A model generated the notes under the pieces. That model saw nothing but the letters and a program-made list of their open reading frames with translations, was not told the DNA's origin and ran no database searches. The translations under genes and the position numbers were made by a program. From positions 1,156-65,155 of IMG/VR virus record IMGVR_UViG_3300049191_000067: a stretch of DNA of 64,000 nucleotides. One strand, given 5' to 3'. Shown one piece after another: positions 36,474-46,224 of this stretch. The stretch's first letter is position 1, and every line of letters begins with the position of its first letter. The DNA comes from a virus. Its lineage: Duplodnaviria > Caudoviricetes.

Positions 36474-36898
36474 GATGCCTCCTTCAACAGTCGGCGCCGC
36501 AGGATGTTCCGAACCTGCGTGACGGACAGGCCGAACCGCTCGGCGATCACCACGACGTCGGTACCCTCGGCAGCCATAGCCCGGACCTGGGCGCCTCGCT
36601 GCTCGAAGAACCGCTGCGGACGGGTGGGCGAAGCCGGCTTCAGCTTCCGTCGCTCCAGTTCTGAAAGCCCGCCCCAAACACCGAAGCGAATGCCGTTTTC
36701 GAGGGCGTACTCGAGGCACTCGTCGCGCACCTCGCAGCCCTGGCAGATCCGCTTGGCCTCGCGGGTGGAGCCACCCTTCTCCGGGAAGAACGCCTCGGGG
36801 TCGGTCTGCGCGCACAGGGCGCGCTCGGTCCAGTCCTCCGGCTCCGGCAGGGACAGTCCGAGGTCAACGAGGCTTGTCCAGTGGCGACGGTGAGTCAT
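36470..36898 (-). CDS. whiB: WhiB-family regulator (WhiB/WhiB2-like) with C-terminal HTH-like extension
   Basis: WTERALCAQTDPEAFFPEKGGSTREAKRICQGCEVRDECLEYAL...GVWGG. Confidence 0.93.
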   Translation of the reverse strand: MTHRRHWTSLVDLGLSLPEPEDWTERALCAQTDPEAFFPEKGGSTREAKRICQGCEVRDECLEYALENGIRFGVWGGLSELERRKLKPASPTRPQRFFEQRGAQVRAMAAEGTDVVVIAERFGLSVTQVRNILRRRLLKEAS

Positions 36899-38535
36899 GA
36901 TGCCTCCTCTACAACAGCCAGATGACGGCCGTCGTCTCGGTCCTCCGGCTCGTCCCACGCTCGGTAATCCGGAACCCCGGGCCCGCCGTGCCTCACGACC
37001 CATGGCCAAGGCGTGCCCCACTCCAGGTGGCTCGGCCACTTCCGCTCGTCCCGGTCGCCGCGCCACGGCTTGACGAACACCTCGCGGACCCGACCCTCAC
37101 TGTCTGGCTCGCACGCCGGCGTAATGCCGTAGCCGAACTCCGGCCAACGCAGCAGCAGCGAGCTACCCAGCGGTCGCACTGAGCGGTTCTTGCCAGACTC
37201 CCCCGGTCCGCCGTGGCCGGCGTGGGCCTCAACCACCAGCGCGCAGTCCACCTTCACGCGGGCCGCGTCCAGTACGGACACCGTCCGCCGTGCCGCGGTC
37301 TCCTCGTTGATGTTTGCCGCGTGCAGGCGGTAGAACGGACCGATGATCAACAGATCGGGCTGGTGTGCCGTGACCCGCTCTAGCAGCCACGCCGCGTCAT
37401 CGTCGCGGGTGAGGTCGATGCCCTCGGGTCGATGAATGAGGCGTAGGGCGCCCTCGGGGACGCGGCGGTTGGCTGAGACCGAGGCATCCGCCAGAGGCCG
37501 GAACCGACGCCGTGACTGCCGGCTTGAATTCTCGCAGTCGATCAGCAGCACGAACTGGGGATCGATCGGTCGGAACGTGAACGGATGGAGACCCGCCGCA
37601 GCACAAACCGCGAGCTGACGAACGAACATGCTCTTCCCGAGACCCTCGAATCCCGTCCAGATCAGGCGGTCGCCTCGCTCCAACAACTCCGGCACCACCC
37701 ACGCCCGCTCCGAGTCCGCCTCGGCGAGGAACTCCCACAGGTCTGGCGCCAAGTCGGGCTTCGGATCTCCGTCTGCGTTGGACCATGTGACGACGAGTTC
37801 GTCGATCGTCTTGCCGGCGTCGAGGTGGTCGGTCGCGTCCTTGCCGACGGCGGCCTCGACGATCCGAACTCGACTTGCGATCCCGGTCAACGCCGCGGCG
37901 ACGGTGCGGGCGTGCTTTTCGCCGGGCTGATCGCGGTCGGCGACGATCGTCACGTCGCAGTCGACGAAGAACCCGTTGAACTCCTCGCGCCACTTCCCCG
38001 CCCCGCCGGGGCAACAGGTTGCAACCAGGCCGTGCCGCTCGAGGGTGTGGACGTCCTTCTCGCCTTCGACCACCCACACGGGCTGGCCGTTGTCCATCGC
38101 CTCAAGCAAGCGCGGGAGTCGATACGGCACCCGTCGGACATCGCCGAGCTTCCACGTCCAGCCGCTCGGCTTCGAGTGATCGGGCCGACGTTGCGGAAAT
38201 TGCTTATCGGCGGTGCGGCACACCTGGAACAGGAGGCTTCCCGCTTCGTCCACGTAATCGTAGACGGCGACCGCTATTCCGCGCGGCGTCCACTCGCCTT
38301 CGTCTCGCTGTTCACGTGGTTGACACAGGTCAGTCCATTTGAGCCCGATCGCGTTGAGCACGGCGTCCCGGTCGCAGCCGGCGTGGCAGTGAAGCACCAC
38401 AGGGTGGTCCTTGCCCGGGCCGACTGACAAGCTGGCCCGTCCGTCGTCGTGGGCTGGGCATTTGGCGTCGTAGCCAGCGCCGGACGGGCGCAAGCCCTCG
38501 AGCTTTGGCAGCAGGAGTTCCCGCAGGACGTCCAT
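36895..38535 (-). CDS. Primase-helicase (Zn finger + TOPRIM + RepA-like AAA)
   Basis: CPAHDD...HCHAGC; VVEGEKD; ADRD; GFEGLGKS. Confidence 0.9.
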   Translation of the reverse strand: MDVLRELLLPKLEGLRPSGAGYDAKCPAHDDGRASLSVGPGKDHPVVLHCHAGCDRDAVLNAIGLKWTDLCQPREQRDEGEWTPRGIAVAVYDYVDEAGSLLFQVCRTADKQFPQRRPDHSKPSGWTWKLGDVRRVPYRLPRLLEAMDNGQPVWVVEGEKDVHTLERHGLVATCCPGGAGKWREEFNGFFVDCDVTIVADRDQPGEKHARTVAAALTGIASRVRIVEAAVGKDATDHLDAGKTIDELVVTWSNADGDPKPDLAPDLWEFLAEADSERAWVVPELLERGDRLIWTGFEGLGKSMFVRQLAVCAAAGLHPFTFRPIDPQFVLLIDCENSSRQSRRRFRPLADASVSANRRVPEGALRLIHRPEGIDLTRDDDAAWLLERVTAHQPDLLIIGPFYRLHAANINEETAARRTVSVLDAARVKVDCALVVEAHAGHGGPGESGKNRSVRPLGSSLLLRWPEFGYGITPACEPDSEGRVREVFVKPWRGDRDERKWPSHLEWGTPWPWVVRHGGPGVPDYRAWDEPEDRDDGRHLAVVEEAS

Positions 38536-39278
38536 CAGTTCTCCCAAAAGCCGCGGCGGACAGGTGTTCCGTTGACCTCGGCTGGCTGGTCAGTCCAGCG
38601 CTCGGCGTTGAGCCACGGGCCGGGATGCTTGGTGTATTTGATGTCGGCCCGTTGGCGGTCGCGGTCGTCGCGGTAGCGCTCGGCACCGGCAATCATCTCG
38701 GCTGGCTCAACGCCGATCTTGATGAGTCTGTCCCAGACCTTGCGAGCCTCGCCCTTGCCGACCTTGCGTGGGTACGTCAGCCAGAACCGCGCGAAGCCCG
38801 GGTCATCATCCGTCGCCCGCGCAGCGGGTGATGATGTTCTCTTAGTCCTTTCCTTTCCTTTCCTTTCCTGGGCCGAGTTTGGGTGAGTGTTGGGGTGGTC
38901 TGGTGAGGCTGGTCGAGTTTCGGTGAGTCCGAGGGAGGTTGGACGAGTTTCGGTGCATACCTGGCAGCGCGGTGACCAGCGGATATCCACCTTTTGATGG
39001 TTCGAAAGGCGTATGACGTGTAGGTACCTGCGTCCACCGAGGGTCTGGATGCGAGCGACGCGACCGGCATCGAGCAGCTCCTTGACGAGAGCATCAGCAT
39101 CGACATCATCGTCGGGCAAGATGAGTCGTTTGAGGGCAGCGGGGTCGTCTTCGAGGTGTCCGCTGTCGCAGTCGGCGAAGTTCCACATGCCGATGTAGAA
39201 GAGCCGCGCCCACGGGGACAGCTTCACCATCTTGCTGTCAGTCCAGAACGAGGGCTTGATCGTTCGAATTCGCGCCAT
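38535..39278 (-). CDS. Replication initiator-like protein
   Basis: MARIRTIKPSFW; FARFWLTYPRKVGK; HPGPWLN. Confidence 0.85.
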   Translation of the reverse strand: MARIRTIKPSFWTDSKMVKLSPWARLFYIGMWNFADCDSGHLEDDPAALKRLILPDDDVDADALVKELLDAGRVARIQTLGGRRYLHVIRLSNHQKVDIRWSPRCQVCTETRPTSLGLTETRPASPDHPNTHPNSAQERKGKERTKRTSSPAARATDDDPGFARFWLTYPRKVGKGEARKVWDRLIKIGVEPAEMIAGAERYRDDRDRQRADIKYTKHPGPWLNAERWTDQPAEVNGTPVRRGFWEN

Positions 39279-39820
39279 CAGGCTGCGCCCCTCGGTCGCG
39301 TTCGGGGCGCCCTGGTGAAGTTGGCGTCCCCTGGCCACAAGAGCTCGCCGCCGTTGAGCCACGGGCGGTTGGGGGTCTTACCTACCAGGAAGTGGTGCCG
39401 GCAGGTCCATATGCCGTTGTAGTCCATGAAGCAGTAGTGGTCGCATTCCGAGCAGCGCACGAGCACGATGTCCTGACCTTCGGTGGCTCCGTGCCATTGG
39501 GCCGCCTCTCCGGGGCCCGGAGGACGGAGGATCACGACCAGCCGTGAATGCCAGTCCCACTCGTCGTAGTTCAGCGCCTCGTGCAGGTTCCGGGTCTTGT
39601 CGAGACGCTCGTCGTGTGGGCCCTTTACCTCGCACCACACACGCTGACCAGGGAGGTAGAAGTCCGGCCTATACCACTCTCCAGTGGACAGGATCAGGGC
39701 CTCGGGCTCGTACTCCCAATACCAGCCGAAGGAGTCAAACGTGGCCGCCCAGTCCGCTTCCAGCGTGGATGCGAACCGCGTCCCGGCGTACCAGGTGGGG
39801 ACGGATCGAATTCGCGGCAC
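39278..39820 (-). CDS. PD-(D/E)XK nuclease-like protein
   Basis: FASTLEADWA...YEPE...YRPDFYL...CEVKG. Confidence 0.75.
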   Translation of the reverse strand: MPRIRSVPTWYAGTRFASTLEADWAATFDSFGWYWEYEPEALILSTGEWYRPDFYLPGQRVWCEVKGPHDERLDKTRNLHEALNYDEWDWHSRLVVILRPPGPGEAAQWHGATEGQDIVLVRCSECDHYCFMDYNGIWTCRHHFLVGKTPNRPWLNGGELLWPGDANFTRAPRTRPRGAA

Positions 39821-39997
39821 CTATCCCCCCTCTTCTGAGTTACACGGCAAGTCGGATTCACCGAGCAGAATTCGGCGGAGGTCGTCAGCGGTCGACTCCG
39901 GGACGAGCACGCGGTGACCGAGGAGGGACAGCGCCAACTGGTTACGGCGCCACAGTTCAGCCGCCGCGGGCCGGCAGATGGGGATCGGCTCGGTCAT
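39821..39997 (-). CDS. Small hypothetical protein (58 aa, not in track)
   Basis: Manual translation MTEPIPICRPAAAELWRRNQ... Confidence 0.45.
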   Translation of the reverse strand: MTEPIPICRPAAAELWRRNQLALSLLGHRVLVPESTADDLRRILLGESDLPCNSEEGG

Positions 39998-40617
39998 GCC
40001 GCCTCCCCTCGTACGCCCTTCGGGCGCTCAAGCGGATTGTCGATGTCATCCCACGCCGAGGGCGGGGCGTAGCCCCATCTGCGCGCCTTGGTGGCGGTGA
40101 TCCGAGAGGGACCGGGCTTGTCCCACAGTTCGTCGTACACGGCGGCGATCTGGGCGGCCCTGCGGTAAGACATCCGACTGGTGCGCAGCTGCGACTGCAG
40201 GGTCTGGCCGGTGGTGCCGATCCGGCGCCCGATCTCGCTGAGGGTCCAGCCCATCCACTGCAGCGCCTGAACGCGCCTACGGGAACCGGTGCAGTCCGAT
40301 CCCCGTCCGGACTCGGTCGGTACCAGAGGGACCGCAAGGAGAGCCGCGTTGGTTCTGTGTAACAGCCTTCCGTAGCGGCCGGTGTAGACGTAGAACGGGA
40401 CCGAGACGGACAGCCCCGAGGCGATCCCTACCTGAGACCAGGTCCAGCCGAGGTCCCTGAGTGTGGCCAGGTGGTCACGGGCTTCGGTGGCATCCACGTA
40501 GCCCCATTGGAGGGCTTGCGGCTGGCTGTGCAGTCGTCGTCGGTAGTGCTTCTGGCAGTAGCCGCGACATTTCACCGAGTCCTCGCATTCGCGGGCGAGA
40601 CAGGTAGCGGTGGTCAT
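39994..40617 (-). CDS. Putative DNA-binding protein with two HTH-like repeats
   Basis: LRDLGWTWSQVG; RRRVQALQWMGWT. Confidence 0.65.
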   Translation of the reverse strand: MTTATCLARECEDSVKCRGYCQKHYRRRLHSQPQALQWGYVDATEARDHLATLRDLGWTWSQVGIASGLSVSVPFYVYTGRYGRLLHRTNAALLAVPLVPTESGRGSDCTGSRRRVQALQWMGWTLSEIGRRIGTTGQTLQSQLRTSRMSYRRAAQIAAVYDELWDKPGPSRITATKARRWGYAPPSAWDDIDNPLERPKGVRGEAA

Positions 40618-42017
40618 GGTGAGGTGTCACCGCCCTCAACCGGCGAGATGTTGATCGTCAGGAACGGCTGCGGCTCAGGCCCGTACTCGGCCAGATTGCG
40701 CGCGGCGACGATCTCTCCGACCGGGCAGCCCGCAAGGCAGTCCATGTCCCAGTCCTGTCCACAGTGGCCGCAGGTGCCCTCGTGGTACTTGGGGTCGTGG
40801 GATTTGCAGCGGCAGGCGGGACGGGCGCTCTTCCGTTTGCGGACGGGCAGCGGCTGTCCGTATTGGTGAGTGCACGGCTCCCCGGTGAGGGTGGAGACCG
40901 GGTGGTTGTCAGTGGGTTCCAGTTCGGCACTGAACGGGCGGGCGGCTACCTCAAGCGGCGTTCGTGCCCCCGTGTCAACGGCGGCGCGGGCCTCGGCGAC
41001 TGCAAGCAAACGCTCGTCCTCGGTGGCGTGTACTGCGCACACTGGACGGGAGAAGCGAGGACCCAGCTGGGCGGCTTGGTCGTCGGAGATGCAGGCGCAG
41101 ACGCGGCGACCGCCGTCCACTTCCGGTTCCCGCAGCGCCTCCGCAGCCAGTTCATCGACCCACCGTTCAGCGAGCCGACCGGCTTCGTCCAACAGTTCGC
41201 CCCATGCCTGACGCCTCGGCTGGTTCAGTGCATCGGCCAGGAGCCGCTTGCGTTCCCGCGAAATCATGTCGAGCCGCATGGCTTCGACTGCCCAGGCTTG
41301 ACGAGAAGACCGCTCCCTATCCAACTCGGCTTCGAGTTCCGCCGTGCTCGCGGCGTAGTTGTCATGCTCTGCGCTGTTCAGCTCGATCAGCGCCGCGTTG
41401 AGCTCGCGTAGTCGGTCCACCTCGCGCACCAGGAAGACGATGGTCGGCCCTGGGTCCTCGGTGGCGCCCTTAAACACCGTTCTCGGCCAGTGCTCGTCCA
41501 GTAGGGACATCAAGCCCTGCCAGGAGTGCAAACGCTCCAACTCCTGCTCAGCCTTGAGCGCCCGCGCGATCAGCGTGACAACGATGTCCGCACAGCTCCC
41601 GCCCTGGTGCTCCTCATCCTCGTACGGGATGTGGTGCGCCTCCCGGAGAGCATCGACTACGGCACGGAAACGGTCCCGTTCGAACGCTGCCTCGGCGTGG
41701 AGCCACCGCAGCAGGGCCATATCGCGCACCAACCGCTCGGCGAACTGGTCGAGGTGTTCGCCCTCGTCCGCCCCGATCCCGTCGAGCAGGATGTCCTGAA
41801 ACCGATGCTTGATCTCCAGTGTCCGCGCGAGTCGGTCATAACCGGCCTCAAGCGAGTCGTCCTCTGGCAATGCCGTCACGTCTGCGTCCCAGCCGTCCCG
41901 CGCTTCGGGTTCCCACTGCGCCACCGCGTCAGCGATCGCAGTGAACAACTCGTCGTGCAGCTCCAGGGGCAGCCGCATGGGAACTCGGACCACCACCTGC
42001 CAATGCGGTTCAGTCAT
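40614..42017 (-). CDS. Mosaic coiled-coil hypothetical protein
   Basis: About 467 aa; heptad segments and Cys-rich tail. Confidence 0.6.
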   Translation of the reverse strand: MTEPHWQVVVRVPMRLPLELHDELFTAIADAVAQWEPEARDGWDADVTALPEDDSLEAGYDRLARTLEIKHRFQDILLDGIGADEGEHLDQFAERLVRDMALLRWLHAEAAFERDRFRAVVDALREAHHIPYEDEEHQGGSCADIVVTLIARALKAEQELERLHSWQGLMSLLDEHWPRTVFKGATEDPGPTIVFLVREVDRLRELNAALIELNSAEHDNYAASTAELEAELDRERSSRQAWAVEAMRLDMISRERKRLLADALNQPRRQAWGELLDEAGRLAERWVDELAAEALREPEVDGGRRVCACISDDQAAQLGPRFSRPVCAVHATEDERLLAVAEARAAVDTGARTPLEVAARPFSAELEPTDNHPVSTLTGEPCTHQYGQPLPVRKRKSARPACRCKSHDPKYHEGTCGHCGQDWDMDCLAGCPVGEIVAARNLAEYGPEPQPFLTINISPVEGGDTSP

Positions 42018-42391
42018 CCCGCGCCTCCGTTCTGTCCCTGTTCCTCGACCGCCACCACCGCAGGCACGTCCCGCAGATATCCCCACCGTCAGGGTCGATC
42101 CGGTTAAACCCAGCCTTGGGTTGCGGCTTCAAACGGCGAAGGCCGGGGCAGTCCTGGTAGAGGTGGTCACCGGACATCCCGGGCCACCACGGCGCAACGA
42201 GGTCAGGCATCGTCGGCCTGCCTCGCTGCTCTGTCGGCCAACTCCTGGCCGTTCAGCCACTTCGCGAACTGCGCGTCGTCACCCGATCGCGCCGGCCGTT
42301 CGTCTCCCAATCGGGACCTGGTGCGCCAGCACATCCAGCCGAACAGGCCTAGGCCGGCAACGGCCACGGAGCCAATGAGCCAGGGATTCAC
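42010..42391 (-). CDS. Two small ORFs (42010-42210 Cys-containing; 42203-42391 single TM)
   Basis: Coupled overlaps. Confidence 0.5.
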
Positions 42392-43179
42392 TGGGCCACC
42401 ACCGGGTACTCGCGGATACGGAGATGCTCAGGCCAGAAATCCCAGTCGCCGCCTTTGGGATCGACCAGCAGTCCGGTGTCCCGCCGGGTCTGCTGGGCCC
42501 ACACGGAGCCGAGCTGCTTGACGTGAACGGCGACGTTGGCGGCACAGCTACGGTCCACGATGGACTCGGCCCAGCGGATGTCCATCGGTCGGGCATCTCC
42601 CCCGGACTCACCGCCAACGATCAACCAAGAGACGCCGTCAAGGTTGAGGTTCGGGAGACCGGCCAGTAGTGGCTCACACGATAGGAACCGGACCGCAGCA
42701 GGGACCCGCCGAAGCTCGTCGACCCGACCTAGCACTGCGGGGTCCTCGCTCTCGACTGACACGCCCATCCACACATTGCTCGGCCAGTCCAACTGGGGCG
42801 CCAGCCGACGCAGCCGGCGTGCTCGCTTGGTGAGGATTTGGTAAGTGTGCTGCGGGGTCGCAGCCATCACGGCGAACGCGCGCTGGATGAAGTCCAGCGG
42901 CACCTTGGCGTGGAACAGGTCCGACATTGAGTTGACGAACACCATGCTCGGCTTCCGCCACCTGAACGGGTCGGCGAGGGTTCCGGGATGGACCTTCAAG
43001 CCGAAGCCCGGTCCACTCGTGCGGGGGTCACCGTCGGTCTGATACTTGGCCTGCCCCATGCCCTTCAGCCGCTTCGCCATAGTCAGGGCATAGCAGTTGT
43101 CGCACCCGGCGCTCACCTTGTCGCATCCAGTCGTCGGATTCCAGCTCTTGTCTGTCCACTGAATATGCGTGTCAGCCAT
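42388..43179 (-). CDS. Phage Gp37/Gp68 (DUF5131) radical-SAM-like protein
   Basis: WNPTTGCDKVSAGCDNCYA; VFVNSMSDLFH; RFLSCEPLL; WLIVGGESG. Confidence 0.9.
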   Translation of the reverse strand: MADTHIQWTDKSWNPTTGCDKVSAGCDNCYALTMAKRLKGMGQAKYQTDGDPRTSGPGFGLKVHPGTLADPFRWRKPSMVFVNSMSDLFHAKVPLDFIQRAFAVMAATPQHTYQILTKRARRLRRLAPQLDWPSNVWMGVSVESEDPAVLGRVDELRRVPAAVRFLSCEPLLAGLPNLNLDGVSWLIVGGESGGDARPMDIRWAESIVDRSCAANVAVHVKQLGSVWAQQTRRDTGLLVDPKGGDWDFWPEHLRIREYPVVAQ

Positions 43180-43747
43180 CGGCCTCCCCTTCCTGAATGG
43201 ACACCCCGATGTGCCGCAGGAACGGGATCAGCGCGTCCGCCATCGAGTCGGCGTCGATGTGGACCACGCCGTTTTCGTCCGGCTTGACGTGCGGGACTTC
43301 GAGCCGGCACAAGTGGTCCACGAGCGCGCCGCGGGTCATGTCCACGCCGCCACTCTTGCCCGCCCAGTCGAGCGAGTAGCCACAACCCAGCACCGCAGGA
43401 GCCCAGCGGTCCGGACCGTGCACCGTGACGTGCTTGGGGTTGCCGTCCCGGTCCGCGCGGACGTGGATAGTTACCCCTCCGACGTCGCCCCACCAATAGC
43501 CGGTGTCCATCTGCTCGATGTGCAGCCATTTCCCGACCACGATCTCATCGAACTCAGTACCGGGGATCTCGGTGTAGCGCGCCCAATAGGTCACACCGTC
43601 GGCCTCGACCGACCGGTCCTCACCCGTTCCGCCACCGAACTTCTTGTCAGACGCCACGTGGTAGGAGTCACCCGAGCCGCCGTAGGGTTCGGATCGGTGA
43701 ACGAGGATGCGCCACGGGCTGCCGGCGCGGCGAAGTCGGCGGGTCAC
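43172..43747 (-). CDS. Hypothetical protein
   Basis: FDEIVVGKWLHIEQMD. Confidence 0.6.
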   Translation of the reverse strand: MTRRLRRAGSPWRILVHRSEPYGGSGDSYHVASDKKFGGGTGEDRSVEADGVTYWARYTEIPGTEFDEIVVGKWLHIEQMDTGYWWGDVGGVTIHVRADRDGNPKHVTVHGPDRWAPAVLGCGYSLDWAGKSGGVDMTRGALVDHLCRLEVPHVKPDENGVVHIDADSMADALIPFLRHIGVSIQEGEADG

Positions 43748-44232
43748 TGGCCATCACCACCAGAGGGAACGCCGCGGGCGATCTGAAGCAGCACATCGGC
43801 GTGACACGGCACCGCGTTCCCTTCGCCGTCGTCCAGAGGGCACCAGCACGCCAGATCCCAGCCGGCCAGCTCGCGTCGCACGTCCTCGACGGTCAACCAT
43901 GGAAGCCCGAGTCCAACGTGGATGTGGCAGTGCGGGTCCGGCGTGACGAGCGCTCGGCGGTACATCTGGACGCATTCAGCGCGGGTCATGTACCGGATGG
44001 TGTGGCGGGTCCAGGTGCCGTCAGGGTGGTAGCAGTCGTGCCCGGTGCCGGCCGCGCTGATGCGTCCCTCGTACTCCCACGGCGACCCGTCGATGGCCGG
44101 CACGCGGGCGAGACCTCGCGTGGTGCGGTAGCCGAACGGGTTGCCCCACTTTGTGGGCCTACCGACATAGGCCGCACCGGTCGGCATCCGCCAGCCCTTG
44201 ACTCGTTGGCGCTGGATTCGCTGGGTGCTCAT
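43744..44232 (-). CDS. DUF4326-domain protein
   Basis: YVGRPTKWGNPF...ELAGWDLACWC...CHADVL. Confidence 0.9.
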   Translation of the reverse strand: MSTQRIQRQRVKGWRMPTGAAYVGRPTKWGNPFGYRTTRGLARVPAIDGSPWEYEGRISAAGTGHDCYHPDGTWTRHTIRYMTRAECVQMYRRALVTPDPHCHIHVGLGLPWLTVEDVRRELAGWDLACWCPLDDGEGNAVPCHADVLLQIARGVPSGGDGQ

Positions 44233-44714
44233 GCCGCATCCGTCCATTCCCTGATCTCCTGTTCCCCCAACACGTCAAACCGACCATCCGGCCGCAGCCG
44301 CACCAACACCCCACGGCGAAGCACGGGCGTCAACTCCCAGGCCGGTGTCCCCCCACTGCGCCAGCGCAACTTCGCCGTGCCCCCGCCAGACTTCACCAAC
44401 CAGCCCTCCCGGTAGTACTCGGCGCGGGTGTCCGAGATGACCTCATGGCATGGACGGCAGGCGGCTAAGAGATTCGCGACCTCCCACGGTCCGCCTTGAC
44501 TTTGCTTGAGCCGGTGGTGCGGGTCGAGCTTCACCTCCGACAACTCGGCACAGCCCGGCAGTCCGACCTCGCACACGGGGAACCCGTGGGGGATGCAGGC
44601 CCGGCCCCACAGCAGAATCAGCGCCGCTTCCTTCGCCGCCTGCTCGTCGCGGGGCAGCGGCTTGCGGGTGCGTAGCCGCTTGGTGGACCGCTTCAACGAT
44701 GTACGGCGGATCAC
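44229..44714 (-). CDS. HNH-like endonuclease
   Basis: HHRLKQSQGG...NLLAACRPCH. Confidence 0.75.
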   Translation of the reverse strand: MIRRTSLKRSTKRLRTRKPLPRDEQAAKEAALILLWGRACIPHGFPVCEVGLPGCAELSEVKLDPHHRLKQSQGGPWEVANLLAACRPCHEVISDTRAEYYREGWLVKSGGGTAKLRWRSGGTPAWELTPVLRRGVLVRLRPDGRFDVLGEQEIREWTDAA

Positions 44715-45043
44715 GGCGCGTCCGATTCGATAGCACGGGCATCGAGAACAATCCGCTGTCCAGCGAAGGCCAGTAGGTTCGTCAATGCGACCGTCGCGGC
44801 GCCAGCGGGGTCAGACTGATCTGTCAAACCATCAGCCTCGGCCATGCCACCGATGGCGGCAGAAGCATGGACCAGCGCCAATCCGACAGTCTCCAGCGCC
44901 TCCTGGCCGAAGTAGCCCGACAGGTACGCAGCGAGGTGATCCGCGAGTCGTGCAGTCTGCCTCGATCCGAGGTCCCTGCGTTGCCGCGACCGGGCGATCT
45001 CTTTCAGTGCGTACTCGGCGTCATAGGTGTGGGTATCGGTCAC
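44711..45043 (-). CDS. Hypothetical protein
   Basis: GTGA-coupled ORF. Confidence 0.5.
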   Translation of the reverse strand: MTDTHTYDAEYALKEIARSRQRRDLGSRQTARLADHLAAYLSGYFGQEALETVGLALVHASAAIGGMAEADGLTDQSDPAGAATVALTNLLAFAGQRIVLDARAIESDAP

Positions 45044-45489
45044 GGCACACTCCCCTTGTCCACGTTGTGCATCTCCACCCCAGCAACACCCTGGCGGTAG
45101 ACCAAGGTGGGGATGCCGGCGTCGATGGCGAGTTTGGCGCAGTGCGAGGCGCCTTTGCTGGCGTTGTGGATGAACGCGAGGCACAGGGCGGCGGGCGGCT
45201 GGCATTCGACCATGGCGACGTTCCGACGCATCCCCGCGAACCTGCATGTGGGGCTGGACCGCCGGCAGCGACACGATCCCGGGCTGTGCAGATTCCACTG
45301 AGCTGGCCACGCCTCGATTTCGCCGCCGAGCCCCAGCCAGATCCCGGCCGCCTGTCGGTCACCGTTCGGGTTGTCGCCGTGGGTGAGCACGGCGTCTGGG
45401 TACTCGGCGTACACCTTCTCTAGGGCGGTGCGCATGGTGGACCAACTCGTCCAGGACCGCGAGCAGGTCACCAGAACCCGCGGCCTCAT
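45040..45489 (-). CDS. SLOG-family (DUF2493) protein
   Basis: VLVTCSRSW...HGDNPNGDRQA...GMRRNVAMVE...GASHC. Confidence 0.8.
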   Translation of the reverse strand: MRPRVLVTCSRSWTSWSTMRTALEKVYAEYPDAVLTHGDNPNGDRQAAGIWLGLGGEIEAWPAQWNLHSPGSCRCRRSSPTCRFAGMRRNVAMVECQPPAALCLAFIHNASKGASHCAKLAIDAGIPTLVYRQGVAGVEMHNVDKGSVP

Positions 45490-45839
45490 GACTCACCATC
45501 CAGGTATCGCCACTCGATGCGGGTCACCCAGTCGTTCCGGAATATCCCCTGGGCCACCACGAAGAAGCGTCTGATGAACTCCTCGGGCGACATGCCCGGG
45601 AACCCCTCCTTCGTCACATCATCCGAGGTGATGTGCCGAAGGGGCTCCCTGTTGACGTCCACCACCTCGACCTCGGCAATCCGGACGAGCGGCTCTCCCG
45701 GCTTCCGGCCCATGACCTTGCGGCACAGGGTTAGGCGATCACCGGGCTTGAGGAACGCCCAGCCCTTGCGCCGGGTGACGGTCTTGAGTCGGTCGCGCAC
45801 GGCTTGCTCGGTGAAGGCGACCGACATCAATCTGGGCAT
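45486..45839 (-). CDS. ASCH-domain protein
   Basis: KTVTRRKGW...LKPGDRL...EGF...RIEWRY. Confidence 0.75.
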   Translation of the reverse strand: MPRLMSVAFTEQAVRDRLKTVTRRKGWAFLKPGDRLTLCRKVMGRKPGEPLVRIAEVEVVDVNREPLRHITSDDVTKEGFPGMSPEEFIRRFFVVAQGIFRNDWVTRIEWRYLDGES

Positions 45840-46224
45840 GGCTTCCACTCCTTCCCTTGTGAGAAGACGCGGATGCTCCGACCGGCCCGGCTCACATAGA
45901 CGTCGACGGACTTGCCGGCCTCGGTCTCGACCTGGATGCACACGGCACCGTCAGGCATGACTGCGGCGCGCAGGACTTCCGCGGCACCGAATTTGAAGCC
46001 AAAGTCCGTCAGTTCCGTGACCCCGTTGCTCACTCGCCCTCCCCATCCAGGAACGGCCCCAGCCAGTACCGCCACCGCTGCACAAGATCCGGACTCGCCG
46101 TGCACAGTGGACACCGCGCGAGGGTGCTCGACCCGAACCCCAGCGGTATCAGCCGGAACAGGGCGTCGTCGTTGTCGGCGCACACAGCGCAGGGAATGGA
46201 GGGGACGATGGCAAAGGCGGTCAC
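45827..46224 (-). CDS. Two small hypothetical ORFs (45827-46033, 46030-46224)
   Basis: Coupled overlaps; second has two CxxC. Confidence 0.5.
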
